Source: a virus
DNA: 64,000 bases
IMG/VR virus record: IMGVR_UViG_3300020447_000001
Location: 52,383-116,382 of that record
Direction: 5' to 3' (one strand)
Part shown: one piece after another, positions 55,911-64,000 of the stretch
How positions within the stretch are numbered: position 1 is the stretch's first letter
How the letters are laid out: each line of letters opens with the position of its first letter
Made by a program: the position numbers and the translations under genes
The notes under the pieces: model-generated
What the model was told of the DNA's origin: nothing
The model's database searches: none
What the model saw: the letters and a program-made list of their open reading frames with translations, nothing else

Positions 55911-56438
55911 GTGGAGCACAAATATAAAAGGGCGATTGCAGTTGGTTATACGTTGACGGAGGATGTAGATGAGCTACAGGATGTGCATTTAATTGTCCCG
56001 TCATTAGAGCGTGCTGTAACGTACCGTGCAGTTAGTCGGGGGAAGGGGAGCAGTAAGTTACCTGTATGTGGTGCGGTCGCTAATTTTTTAACTAAGAATT
56101 CCGAGGCTTTGGGAGACCCTATATTTGTAGGGTTTTCGCTGAAAGATTTTTTTACTAAAGTTGGTATCGGTTGTGCTAGAGCAGGTGTTTATTTTCCTCC
56201 TGATTTATGGCTTTCTCCTGATAAACAGCGAGGCTTTGACTTGCAGCCCGTATTGTTCTCCGAGGCTAGTTCTCCTGCTGCAATGTCCAAATCGGTTGCT
56301 CGATTAGGGGAGCAGTTTTCTGGCGAGGATAAAAAGTCTTTTGACAAGCTAGTGAAGGGCTGGAAACTATTTCATGAAGCTGAACGGGACGGTCAGTTAT
56401 CGTTTATGTTGGGGTCGATGTTTCGCATCTGGGGATAA
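55911..56438 (+). CDS. hypothetical protein
   Basis: 175-aa ORF. Confidence 0.55.
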   Translation: MEHKYKRAIAVGYTLTEDVDELQDVHLIVPSLERAVTYRAVSRGKGSSKLPVCGAVANFLTKNSEALGDPIFVGFSLKDFFTKVGIGCARAGVYFPPDLWLSPDKQRGFDLQPVLFSEASSPAAMSKSVARLGEQFSGEDKKSFDKLVKGWKLFHEAERDGQLSFMLGSMFRIWG

Positions 56439-56443
56439 AGGAA

Positions 56444-57097
56444 TTGCTAGTCGTGGACGGATCCAACACTCGACCGATACAAAGTAAGTTTACGGAATTT
56501 TCTCCGCACGTTGTGAACGTAGCGGATATTAAATTCCAGGGTAATCCAAAGGCTCTTTCAAATTTCCCGCAGTGGGTGTGGTATACGGTGGCGGCTCCCG
56601 TTTTGTGGGGAGGTTTGGACAATGAAGTTCTATCGTCTATTCAGCAGGAAACTGGATTAACATATCACCGTAAGATTTTTGACAAACCAATTTTTGCGGG
56701 TTTTGAAGTGGACGGTAGTTCTGTTTGGAATCACGTATTGTGGGCAGTTCCGCAAGTGGACTGGCTTAAATTAAAAGCAGAGTTTTTAAGCGTAGCTAAG
56801 GTTGACGTTAAACGAGATTTGATGATGAAGTACGGCCTTCAGGAATTAGTGATTTACGACCCACTTGCAATGGATAAGTCACGTATCTTGCTAACTAATT
56901 CTCCGACACACCAGATACAGGCCTTTGGTGTAATGTCTAACTATACAACGGTGGCGTTCCGGGCGGATCAACCTGCGATAGAACAGCCGCATGTATTTTC
57001 GTTTAAACCTGAAGAAAGCGTGACCCAGCTGGCAAAAAAAACTTTGTTGGGACGTAAAAATATACAAGATGTGTTTTCTTCTATGGAGGATGTTTAG
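56444..57097 (+). CDS. hypothetical protein
   Basis: 217-aa ORF. Confidence 0.55.
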   Translation: MLVVDGSNTRPIQSKFTEFSPHVVNVADIKFQGNPKALSNFPQWVWYTVAAPVLWGGLDNEVLSSIQQETGLTYHRKIFDKPIFAGFEVDGSSVWNHVLWAVPQVDWLKLKAEFLSVAKVDVKRDLMMKYGLQELVIYDPLAMDKSRILLTNSPTHQIQAFGVMSNYTTVAFRADQPAIEQPHVFSFKPEESVTQLAKKTLLGRKNIQDVFSSMEDV

Positions 57098-57415
57098 GTG
57101 GAACACCCCATAGTTAGCGTTCGAAATTCCCTTGTGCCCACGGCAGTTGTACAAGTTAAAGCATTTCAAGCTCCGACTACGGAAAAGCTGGAAGAGGTTA
57201 TCAACAAGTGGGTGGCAGAAACTCAAAATTTAATTGTATGTCCAGGCCCACTAACTCAAACTGGACGTGAAGCCACCGCGATTGTTACATATGTTTCAGC
57301 AGGAGAAAATCGTGACTCAGTCAGATCAGGTAAAATGGAACACGCTAACGTCGATGTTTCCAAAAAACGTAGCAATGTCTCTTCAGCCGAGAGCGACGGA
57401 TTCCGTATCGCTTGA
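57098..57415 (+). CDS. hypothetical protein
   Basis: GGAGG upstream; 105 aa. Confidence 0.5.
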   Translation: MEHPIVSVRNSLVPTAVVQVKAFQAPTTEKLEEVINKWVAETQNLIVCPGPLTQTGREATAIVTYVSAGENRDSVRSGKMEHANVDVSKKRSNVSSAESDGFRIA

Positions 57416-57935
57416 CGAGGCACAACAAGATTACGCAGCAGGCTTAACGAGTATACCGTTGGCGTTGTCAGAGCGGATTGCGCGGCCTGACACACAGGAG
57501 ACGGTTGATGTTGATACGTCCCCATCTTGGTGTGTTTGTGAGATGCCCGAAGGTGATTTCCCCAGGGTGAGGGTGTTTGGCGATTTTGAGGTAATGCTTC
57601 GTCATGTGGGAAAACTAGAGAAGAACGAGGTTTCTGTCTGGATATTTTATGGTGTCCCAGTTTCGATGACGCAACCCGATGTTGATGGTTCAAGGTACAT
57701 TCTCACTTCACGTACCGAAGCATTTAAGTTACCGTTTGCTGCGGCTGAAGATATCTCCACTATAGATCGTTCTCGTGTTAGTAAGCTAAGTGTGCAAGAA
57801 GACGGGTGGTTGGGAGATCCTAGCCTGACAAAAAGTGCCGTGCCGAGTTATTATGTTCACGAAGCACCGCGAGACGATGAGTTTGATCCGTCGGATGATG
57901 ATGACGGAGAGGTGGTAGAGCCGTCAGGCATATAA
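57375..57935 (+). CDS. hypothetical protein
   Basis: Start uncertain (57267 or 57375). Confidence 0.55.
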   Translation: MSLQPRATDSVSLDEAQQDYAAGLTSIPLALSERIARPDTQETVDVDTSPSWCVCEMPEGDFPRVRVFGDFEVMLRHVGKLEKNEVSVWIFYGVPVSMTQPDVDGSRYILTSRTEAFKLPFAAAEDISTIDRSRVSKLSVQEDGWLGDPSLTKSAVPSYYVHEAPRDDEFDPSDDDDGEVVEPSGI

Positions 57936-57963
57936 GCGGTCTTTTTTTTATCTATCAGAGGAT

Positions 57964-58977
57964 ATGATTGTGGCTAAGGCTGATATAGCTAAAGGCGCGG
58001 TAGAAGTTCATACGCCAGACCCAACTGCGTATCATTCTGGGCTCACTCCCTATGGTACTACAATACCTTCGTCAACAAAGGAAGGTAAATCTTTGGGGTT
58101 TGACGCTCATGTGCCTGGGCTGGTAATTGTGGATCCTGATATGGAGGACGGCAACAAGACAGTAGATTATGCGAAGTTCGCTAAGCATCAAGAAAGATTT
58201 AATGCTAAGGTGAATGCAGTAGGCACAGGTGACGCGGATTCTGCCTTTCGTGCTATCGTAGAGGCGGCTGCGGATATTGAAAAATTCGAGGAGGAGGAGA
58301 GAATGGCATCTATTTCTCCGAAATCTTCTAAGTCTGAATCAAAGGGAAAGGTAGAAATGGCTACAGATAGAATTACAATACCACCTCACTCACTTGTATC
58401 AGCAGATAAACAGCCTCCTGCTGTTGACACTACCAGTGATTTGTCGCAGCAATTGGCTAATCAAACTGAGGTTTTATCTCAAATGGCTGGGGTTTTAGCC
58501 AACATGCATTCTTCTACGCAACCAGCTTCTCCAGTAGTGTCGGGACCTATTGAAACGTTCGCTCCGGTGCAGACGATATCTCAGGTGAAGGAAGAGGTAC
58601 ATGACGAGGAGGTACGTGATAAAGTTATTTCGGGGTTTGAGACGTTAGAGATGTCATTCGTTAACGGCCCGTTACCTGTTAAGCCTAAGAAGGAAGTATA
58701 CTTTGAGATGCCAAATATGGGTACAATGGCTGCCAGGTACCATGAAATTCAGGATGGGGGGACTTGTTTAGCTTTAATTTATGACACCCGTTATGAGGAC
58801 GGATATCAGTTTATGCCTCCCGCCCTGGGGGACGTAAAGATTAAAATGACAGTGCCCCGAGAAAATAAGATTTATCATTGTTCTAGCGTGGGTATTCATT
58901 TTAACTGTGGGGTGTTAGACATCGTGGTGTTGTTCAAGCACACACAAGATGACGATAGCATGGAGGAAATCCGATGA
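57964..58977 (+). CDS. hypothetical protein
   Basis: GAGGA RBS; 337 aa. Confidence 0.6.
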   Translation: MIVAKADIAKGAVEVHTPDPTAYHSGLTPYGTTIPSSTKEGKSLGFDAHVPGLVIVDPDMEDGNKTVDYAKFAKHQERFNAKVNAVGTGDADSAFRAIVEAAADIEKFEEEERMASISPKSSKSESKGKVEMATDRITIPPHSLVSADKQPPAVDTTSDLSQQLANQTEVLSQMAGVLANMHSSTQPASPVVSGPIETFAPVQTISQVKEEVHDEEVRDKVISGFETLEMSFVNGPLPVKPKKEVYFEMPNMGTMAARYHEIQDGGTCLALIYDTRYEDGYQFMPPALGDVKIKMTVPRENKIYHCSSVGIHFNCGVLDIVVLFKHTQDDDSMEEIR

Positions 58978-59231
58978 CGATGGAAAAACATGGGGTTATC
59001 AGCAGTTCAACGCCGGGTGAGTGTTGCGGCGGTGGCGGTTGTGAGGTAACTGAAAAGGCGGCTACGGAAAAACAGCAGACCCTACCCTTTACCGATTTAG
59101 AGCCACAATCATCTTCACCAGCAGAAGAGAAGGAACCTGTTACTGAAAAAGAAGCTGACGGTATGCAGGATTCAGTTCTAAATAGTGCTATTGACGCTGT
59201 TGCTAAGGAGACTCATGGCTCATCCAATTAA
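58974..59231 (+). CDS. small acidic protein with repeated TEKxA
   Basis: ATGA overlap; VTEKAA...VTEKEA. Confidence 0.55.
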   Translation: MTMEKHGVISSSTPGECCGGGGCEVTEKAATEKQQTLPFTDLEPQSSSPAEEKEPVTEKEADGMQDSVLNSAIDAVAKETHGSSN

Positions 59232-59451
59232 ACGCAAAGAAATGGCTTATGAAGCGCTCAGAAACCATTTCATGTCAGAGCAAACATCTGCCCTCCATAA
59301 TTTGATGGTGTATTTTGAAAATCCGGCAGGTATAGGGGAACACCCTGACTTGCAAGAGGAGATGCGAAAACAAGTAGAGGCAATAGCTAATGCAGAGGAT
59401 TCGCTAGAAACGCTAGATCGTCATCGAGATATGCTCCTTACGGAGGGGTAG
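59215..59451 (+). CDS. small conserved helical protein (GIGEHPD motif)
   Basis: AAGGAG RBS; NPAGIGEHPDL.EEM. Confidence 0.65.
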   Translation: MAHPIKRKEMAYEALRNHFMSEQTSALHNLMVYFENPAGIGEHPDLQEEMRKQVEAIANAEDSLETLDRHRDMLLTEG

Positions 59452-59480
59452 TAGTTATTTAAGTCACGGAGGATACGAAG

Positions 59481-61400
59481 ATGCCGCTCACCAATTCCCC
59501 TTATTGGAAAACTGGTTCGGGGGATCAACAGTTCCCTGATCCATTTCTAGACGTCGCCAGCCAGAACATGCCGACGACCATGAAGAATGCTTTGTGGTGG
59601 TCTGAATATATCTGGGGTGTGTTTGGCACCTATCGAATGGCGATGGAGCGGATCATTTCCTATTTTCTGACCGATATTGATATTACAGGCGACGTATCGG
59701 ATGACGAAAAGAAGAAGTGGGTAGCGTACTTAAATGATACTCTTGGCGTTATGGAATTTATCCAGAACATGATGCGAGATCGCATGTGCTATGGCAATGC
59801 GTTCTGTAGCACTATTGTTCCATTTCGTCGGTTTCTAATGTGTCCTAAGACTGGTGATTTGTACCCGTTGAAGGAGGTGTATAATAACAGTCGTTTTAAT
59901 TTTAAGTGGAGTCCAAACTTTGAATTTGTAGCTACGTGTCCTAAGACGGGATGGCGTGGTGCTTGGGAGGTGATGGATAAGCCGGAGGACGAAGAGCACA
60001 ACATTAAGTTGAAGCGGTGGAATCCTCATGAAATTGAATTGTTGCATGATCCTTATACAGATGAAATTTCATACTTGTGGCGTATACCTGAGGACTACAA
60101 GCTACAAGTTAAGAAAGGGCATCTTTATCATTTAGAGAGAGTTAGCGAGCAGGTTCTTCTAGCCATACGGAAGAATCAGGTTTTCCGTTTTAACGAGGAG
60201 TCTATTTTTCACATGAAAGAACCTACCTTAGCGGGCATTAAAAATCGCGGGTGGGGATTACCTCGTAGTCTTATTAACTTTCGACAGATCTATTACGTAC
60301 AGGTTTTGCGTCGTTTTAATGAGGCGATAGCTTTAGATTACGTAATACCTTTTCGTCTAATTACACCTGCTGCTAGAGGTGGCGGTAGCGCTGGCGGTCT
60401 TCCCGCTCAAGACCCCATGATGTTTCACAATGCCGGTGATTTTCGCTCTCAGGTGAAGAGTATGATTAATAGGAGGCGTCGTGATCCTGCTTCATGGCAG
60501 GTGCTTCCTTTCCCCGTTCAATACGACATGTTGGGCGGAGACGCTAATAATTTGGCTCCTCGTGACTTGATGGACCAAGGGCTGGAGACATTATTGAATG
60601 AGACCGGTACGCCTGTCGAACTGTACAAGGGTACCTTAACGACACAGGCGGCTCCTACGGCGTTACGGTTGTTTGAAAGTACATGGAGAAGTCTAGTATT
60701 CGAAACTAATTCATTACTCCAGTGGCTCATCAACGGCATAGCCGAAGTGATGAGTTGGGAGAAAGTGGATGGTTCCTTGACTAAGGTTACTATTGCTGAC
60801 GATATGCAGAAACAGATGGCTGCTCTTCAGTTGATGATGGGTCAGCAGGTTTCTGGTACTACAGGACTCAAGGCAATTGGATACGATTGGGAGTCCGAGC
60901 AGAAGTTACTGTCAGAGGAAGCTCAAACACAGCAGGAACTCCAGGCTCGTGCTCAGGAGGAGATGGAGCAGGCTGGTTTTGCTGCCGAGCTTGCCAAGGG
61001 TCAACAGGGTGGTGCTCCACCTCCAGGCGGTGGTCAGGGTGCTGCTATGGGCCAAGCCGGTTCTATGGCAGGAGCAGCTCAAGGCGGCGGAAACCCCCCA
61101 GGCGCAGACGCTCAGTCAGCTATGGGGGCCGGTATGACGCCCGTCTCTGAGTACATTGGGACAATGGGTCCAAACACACCGGTAACACCTAACGATCTAC
61201 AGGCGGCTGCGCAGGCACTTGCTCAGCAGTTGCTTGGTTTACCTGAGGGGCAGAAGGACTCTCAGTTACGAGAACTCAAACAATTTAATCCAACGCTACA
61301 TGCTTTGGTTCGCGAAACCATGGACGATATTCGCAGAGATGCCCGCATGCAAGGAGGCGCAATGTTGATGGGCCAAGGCGGTGGTGCACCACCTATGTAA
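59481..61400 (+). CDS. probable portal protein with Gly/Gln/Met-rich tail
   Basis: Size, RWNPH and GWGLP...R motifs and a helical body resemble large-phage portals; no definitive motif. Confidence 0.55.
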   Translation: MPLTNSPYWKTGSGDQQFPDPFLDVASQNMPTTMKNALWWSEYIWGVFGTYRMAMERIISYFLTDIDITGDVSDDEKKKWVAYLNDTLGVMEFIQNMMRDRMCYGNAFCSTIVPFRRFLMCPKTGDLYPLKEVYNNSRFNFKWSPNFEFVATCPKTGWRGAWEVMDKPEDEEHNIKLKRWNPHEIELLHDPYTDEISYLWRIPEDYKLQVKKGHLYHLERVSEQVLLAIRKNQVFRFNEESIFHMKEPTLAGIKNRGWGLPRSLINFRQIYYVQVLRRFNEAIALDYVIPFRLITPAARGGGSAGGLPAQDPMMFHNAGDFRSQVKSMINRRRRDPASWQVLPFPVQYDMLGGDANNLAPRDLMDQGLETLLNETGTPVELYKGTLTTQAAPTALRLFESTWRSLVFETNSLLQWLINGIAEVMSWEKVDGSLTKVTIADDMQKQMAALQLMMGQQVSGTTGLKAIGYDWESEQKLLSEEAQTQQELQARAQEEMEQAGFAAELAKGQQGGAPPPGGGQGAAMGQAGSMAGAAQGGGNPPGADAQSAMGAGMTPVSEYIGTMGPNTPVTPNDLQAAAQALAQQLLGLPEGQKDSQLRELKQFNPTLHALVRETMDDIRRDARMQGGAMLMGQGGGAPPM

Positions 61401-61416
61401 GAAAAATGAGCTTTAG

Positions 61417-62142
61417 ATGATCAAAATGTATTTCACAAAAACTGGAAGACCTATAAAACCTTATCCAAAACCTAAGAATTCAAAACGATTTAAAAACTTA
61501 ACTGGTAAAACATTTGGAAGGCTCAAAGTTGTCAAATATTTAGGCCGTTGCTACCACTCAAATAATACAAACGGTTTTTCCAATCATTGGGCCGCAAACT
61601 GTTCCTGCGGAAAAAAAGATGTTGTTGTTGCCACCGCCAGTTTTAGAAAGGGGACGCAATCTTGTGGGTGTTTAGCCGACGAACAGCGAAGAGAACGTGC
61701 TTTCGTTCATGGCGGACGAGGTTCCTCAAACGAAGATAGAACAGCGACGTATGTTACTTGGTTTCAGATGCGATCAAGATGTAACAACCAAAACAATAAA
61801 GACTTTAAAAACTACGGAGAGAGGGGAATCGTGGTTTGTGATTCCTGGGGTCAGTTTAAAAACTTTCTTGCCGATATGGGCGAGAGGCCACCCCATATGA
61901 CTTTAGATAGAATAGATAACGACGGAAATTACGCAAAAGATAATTGTCGTTGGGCTACTCGTAAAGAGCAGTGTAGGAATACACGTGTTAATCATATCGT
62001 TGAATTTAATGGGCGCAAACAGCCTATAGTAGTTTGGGCGGAGGAGTACAATATTAATGCCCGCACTTTACGGACTCGTATAGTTGACGCCAAGTGGTCG
62101 ATTAAAAAGGCATTGACGACTCCTGTACGTAAAAATAGATAA
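61417..62142 (+). CDS. free-standing HNH-family homing endonuclease
   Basis: LTGKTFGRLKV, MRSRC...YGERGI.VC..W, TLDRIDNDGNY..DNCRWAT. Confidence 0.85.
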   Translation: MIKMYFTKTGRPIKPYPKPKNSKRFKNLTGKTFGRLKVVKYLGRCYHSNNTNGFSNHWAANCSCGKKDVVVATASFRKGTQSCGCLADEQRRERAFVHGGRGSSNEDRTATYVTWFQMRSRCNNQNNKDFKNYGERGIVVCDSWGQFKNFLADMGERPPHMTLDRIDNDGNYAKDNCRWATRKEQCRNTRVNHIVEFNGRKQPIVVWAEEYNINARTLRTRIVDAKWSIKKALTTPVRKNR

Positions 62143-62940
62143 ATGAAAATTGCTTTCGTATGTCCTACGCATAAAGAGGGCGAGTTACACGACTACACCG
62201 TAGGAGCTCTCCGCACCTTTTTTGCCACTACAGCGAACGGTGTAGCTATTGTGGTAGATGATGCTTCTGCTGACTGGGACGATTCTTTTAACAGTCAATT
62301 TGAACAGATTCCCATGTTCCCCGGTCAGCAGTGCATTATCCATCGTTTTGACGAGTGGGGCGGACTTACACGCAGTTGGAACCAGGGATTACGCATAGCT
62401 CGTGACTTATCTTGTGACTATGCTGTTTGCGGTAACAACGATATTATTTTTCCTAAGGGCTGGTACTTGTCTTTGCTTCATGCGTTGGACAACGGGTACC
62501 ATTTAGCTGGTCCTCTCTCAAACGCTCCTGGTGTTTCTACGGAAGTTCAGCAGGTTTGGCGGCACTTCTCTGGTTATGAAGTATCTGATAGTTTGTCTCG
62601 AATTGAGGCTGTGCAAGCGTATTTATCTCATGCTTACATGGGTTGCGTGGCAGAGTCCTTCATTAACGGATTTTTTCAGATGGCGAAGGTTTCGACGTGG
62701 TGGGAAGGTTGCTTTTCTGATCAAGACGTGTACCGTCCTATAAATACTCACAGTAGTCGTGGTTGGCGCAATCCCACCCCTTTGATGACTTTAAACGAGG
62801 ATGAATTACAGGGGCGATGGCATAAGAAGGGTTGGAAAGTAGCTGTGTGCTTAGCGAGTTTTATTTTTCACTATCGCGCTATTACGAGAGGTGATGGTTA
62901 CAGAGATCGAGGTGGTCGCTGGTTTCGTAAAGAAAGCTAA
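62143..62940 (+). CDS. GT2 glycosyltransferase
   Basis: IVVDDAS, GLTRSWNQG, CGNNDI, IFHY. Confidence 0.8.
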   Translation: MKIAFVCPTHKEGELHDYTVGALRTFFATTANGVAIVVDDASADWDDSFNSQFEQIPMFPGQQCIIHRFDEWGGLTRSWNQGLRIARDLSCDYAVCGNNDIIFPKGWYLSLLHALDNGYHLAGPLSNAPGVSTEVQQVWRHFSGYEVSDSLSRIEAVQAYLSHAYMGCVAESFINGFFQMAKVSTWWEGCFSDQDVYRPINTHSSRGWRNPTPLMTLNEDELQGRWHKKGWKVAVCLASFIFHYRAITRGDGYRDRGGRWFRKES

Positions 62941-62948
62941 AAGTTGCT

Positions 62949-63662
62949 ATGGTGTCTAAACTGATTGTGTATAGTTGTATCACTTCTGGCTTTGACGCAG
63001 CGCATAGGACATTATTACGTGGCGAAGCGTTACAACAAGAAGAAGATGTTCGTTATATTCTTTTTTCAGACACGTTGCAGCCGTGTTCAATGTCTACTGG
63101 CGGAATGACATGGGAGGTGCAGAACATTAGGTGGTCCCACTCGCTGTGTCCCAGGCGTACAGCGAGATATCACAAGTGTTTACCTCACGTAGTTTTGCCT
63201 CCCCATCAGAAAAGCTTATGGGTTGACGGTAATTTTGCTTTTAAAAGCATTAATCCTTTGGTTGATATAGCGAATGTTTACTTAGCGGACGGATTTAATA
63301 TTGCTACTTATAGGCATAGAGACCGCCAGTGTGTTTACCAGGAAGAACGTGCTTGTCTGAGGTTCCGAAAAGACCAAGCACATATTTTACGAAAACAACT
63401 TAGTAGCTATCAAAGCGAAGGGTATCCAACTTATAATGGGTTAGCTGAGACAGGATGTTTGGTTAGGCATAATAATGTTACAATGCAGGAGTTCAATGAC
63501 ACGTGGTGGTCTGAAATTGAAAGGCATAGTTTTCGGGATCAAATTAGTTTCCCGTATGTCTGTTGGAAGTTAGGTGTGCGATACGGCCACATCGAGGGCG
63601 ACCGGGGTAATATCTGGAAGTCTCAATTTTTTCATTACATAAAACATCCAAGACAAAGATGA
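62949..63662 (+). CDS. DUF616/TOD1-MUCI70-like glycosyltransferase
   Basis: IVYSCITSGFD, R.HK.LPH, LWVDGN, H..R.CVYQE, RDQISFPY. Confidence 0.8.
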   Translation: MVSKLIVYSCITSGFDAAHRTLLRGEALQQEEDVRYILFSDTLQPCSMSTGGMTWEVQNIRWSHSLCPRRTARYHKCLPHVVLPPHQKSLWVDGNFAFKSINPLVDIANVYLADGFNIATYRHRDRQCVYQEERACLRFRKDQAHILRKQLSSYQSEGYPTYNGLAETGCLVRHNNVTMQEFNDTWWSEIERHSFRDQISFPYVCWKLGVRYGHIEGDRGNIWKSQFFHYIKHPRQR

Positions 63663-63675
63663 TTGATTTGTTGTT

Positions 63676-64000
63676 ATGTACACTCTTGGAATTTGCGCCC
63701 CCTATCGCCGATCTGAGATCACTTTAGCTGCTATACGTCTAGCCGATTTAGGCCGCGAATTAGCCATGGATGTGCGGTTCTTATCTGTCGGGTCACCGCA
63801 GAAAAATGTAGACCACATATGGGACCATCGGTTTAGGCGAGTTGAATCGGGCGATGCTTATCGTTTATTACATGGGTGTACACATATAGTATGGTTCATT
63901 CATGACGATGACTTACATAAAAAGTCACGGCTCGTTTCTCCAAAAGCTCGACATTGGTTTGTTCCTTCCTGGCATCAGCTTAGTGCGCAGGTGTTGGGTG
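63676..64000 (+). CDS. partial ORF running off the window (possible glycosyltransferase N-terminus)
   Basis: MYTLGICAPYRRSEITLAAIRLADLGR... open to the window end. Confidence 0.45.
   Translation, partial: MYTLGICAPYRRSEITLAAIRLADLGRELAMDVRFLSVGSPQKNVDHIWDHRFRRVESGDAYRLLHGCTHIVWFIHDDDLHKKSRLVSPKARHWFVPSWHQLSAQVLG

Noticed and set aside
1294-62743. Numerous short antisense or alternate-frame ORFs in the track (e.g. 1294-1662, 45262-45777)
   Set aside because: Shadows of well-supported genes, with no motifs or RBS.
1-64000. tRNA/rRNA genes and stop-codon reassignment
   Set aside because: No cloverleaf or rRNA signature seen by eye. Conserved enzymes are full length in code 11, and TAG, TAA and TGA all end genes cleanly.

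Overview
64 kb of a large tailed-phage genome, densely coded and almost all on the + strand. A Planctomycete-like host is inferred from the stand-alone RNAP alpha-CTD, CAP-domain and NodB genes. Recognisable modules: DUF2997/AAA+/DUF3150-like cluster (0-4 kb); GHKL ATPase; gpA-type terminase (minus strand); RNase H, dcd and SNase; a replication/recombination operon (SbcD/SbcC, SF2 helicase, DnaB-like helicase, primase, UDG-fused PolA, Tmk, RecA-like, DEDDh exonuclease, RuvC); probable portal, HNH endonuclease and several glycosyltransferases. The standout locus is 17.8-20.1 kb: a stand-alone RAMP/Cas7-like gene and a conserved partner gene, then an ~800-nt array of about 130 GGY-NN pentamers punctuated by GGCAGTC into 8-10-pentamer units and closed by a terminator. 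It is a candidate RNA-guided system with a gapped code (VIPR-like). Also notable: a second RAMP paralog beside an IS110/Nop-like protein; a 999-bp cassette with perfect 48-bp inverted repeats and flanking GT dinucleotides; an iteron-like repeat tract; a recurring palindrome TAAATAGTACTATTTA at gene boundaries; and a shared insertion domain and RRNLGV C-terminal tag in the AAA cluster. All family calls come from motif recognition, not database searches. No tRNA, rRNA or canonical CRISPR array was seen.
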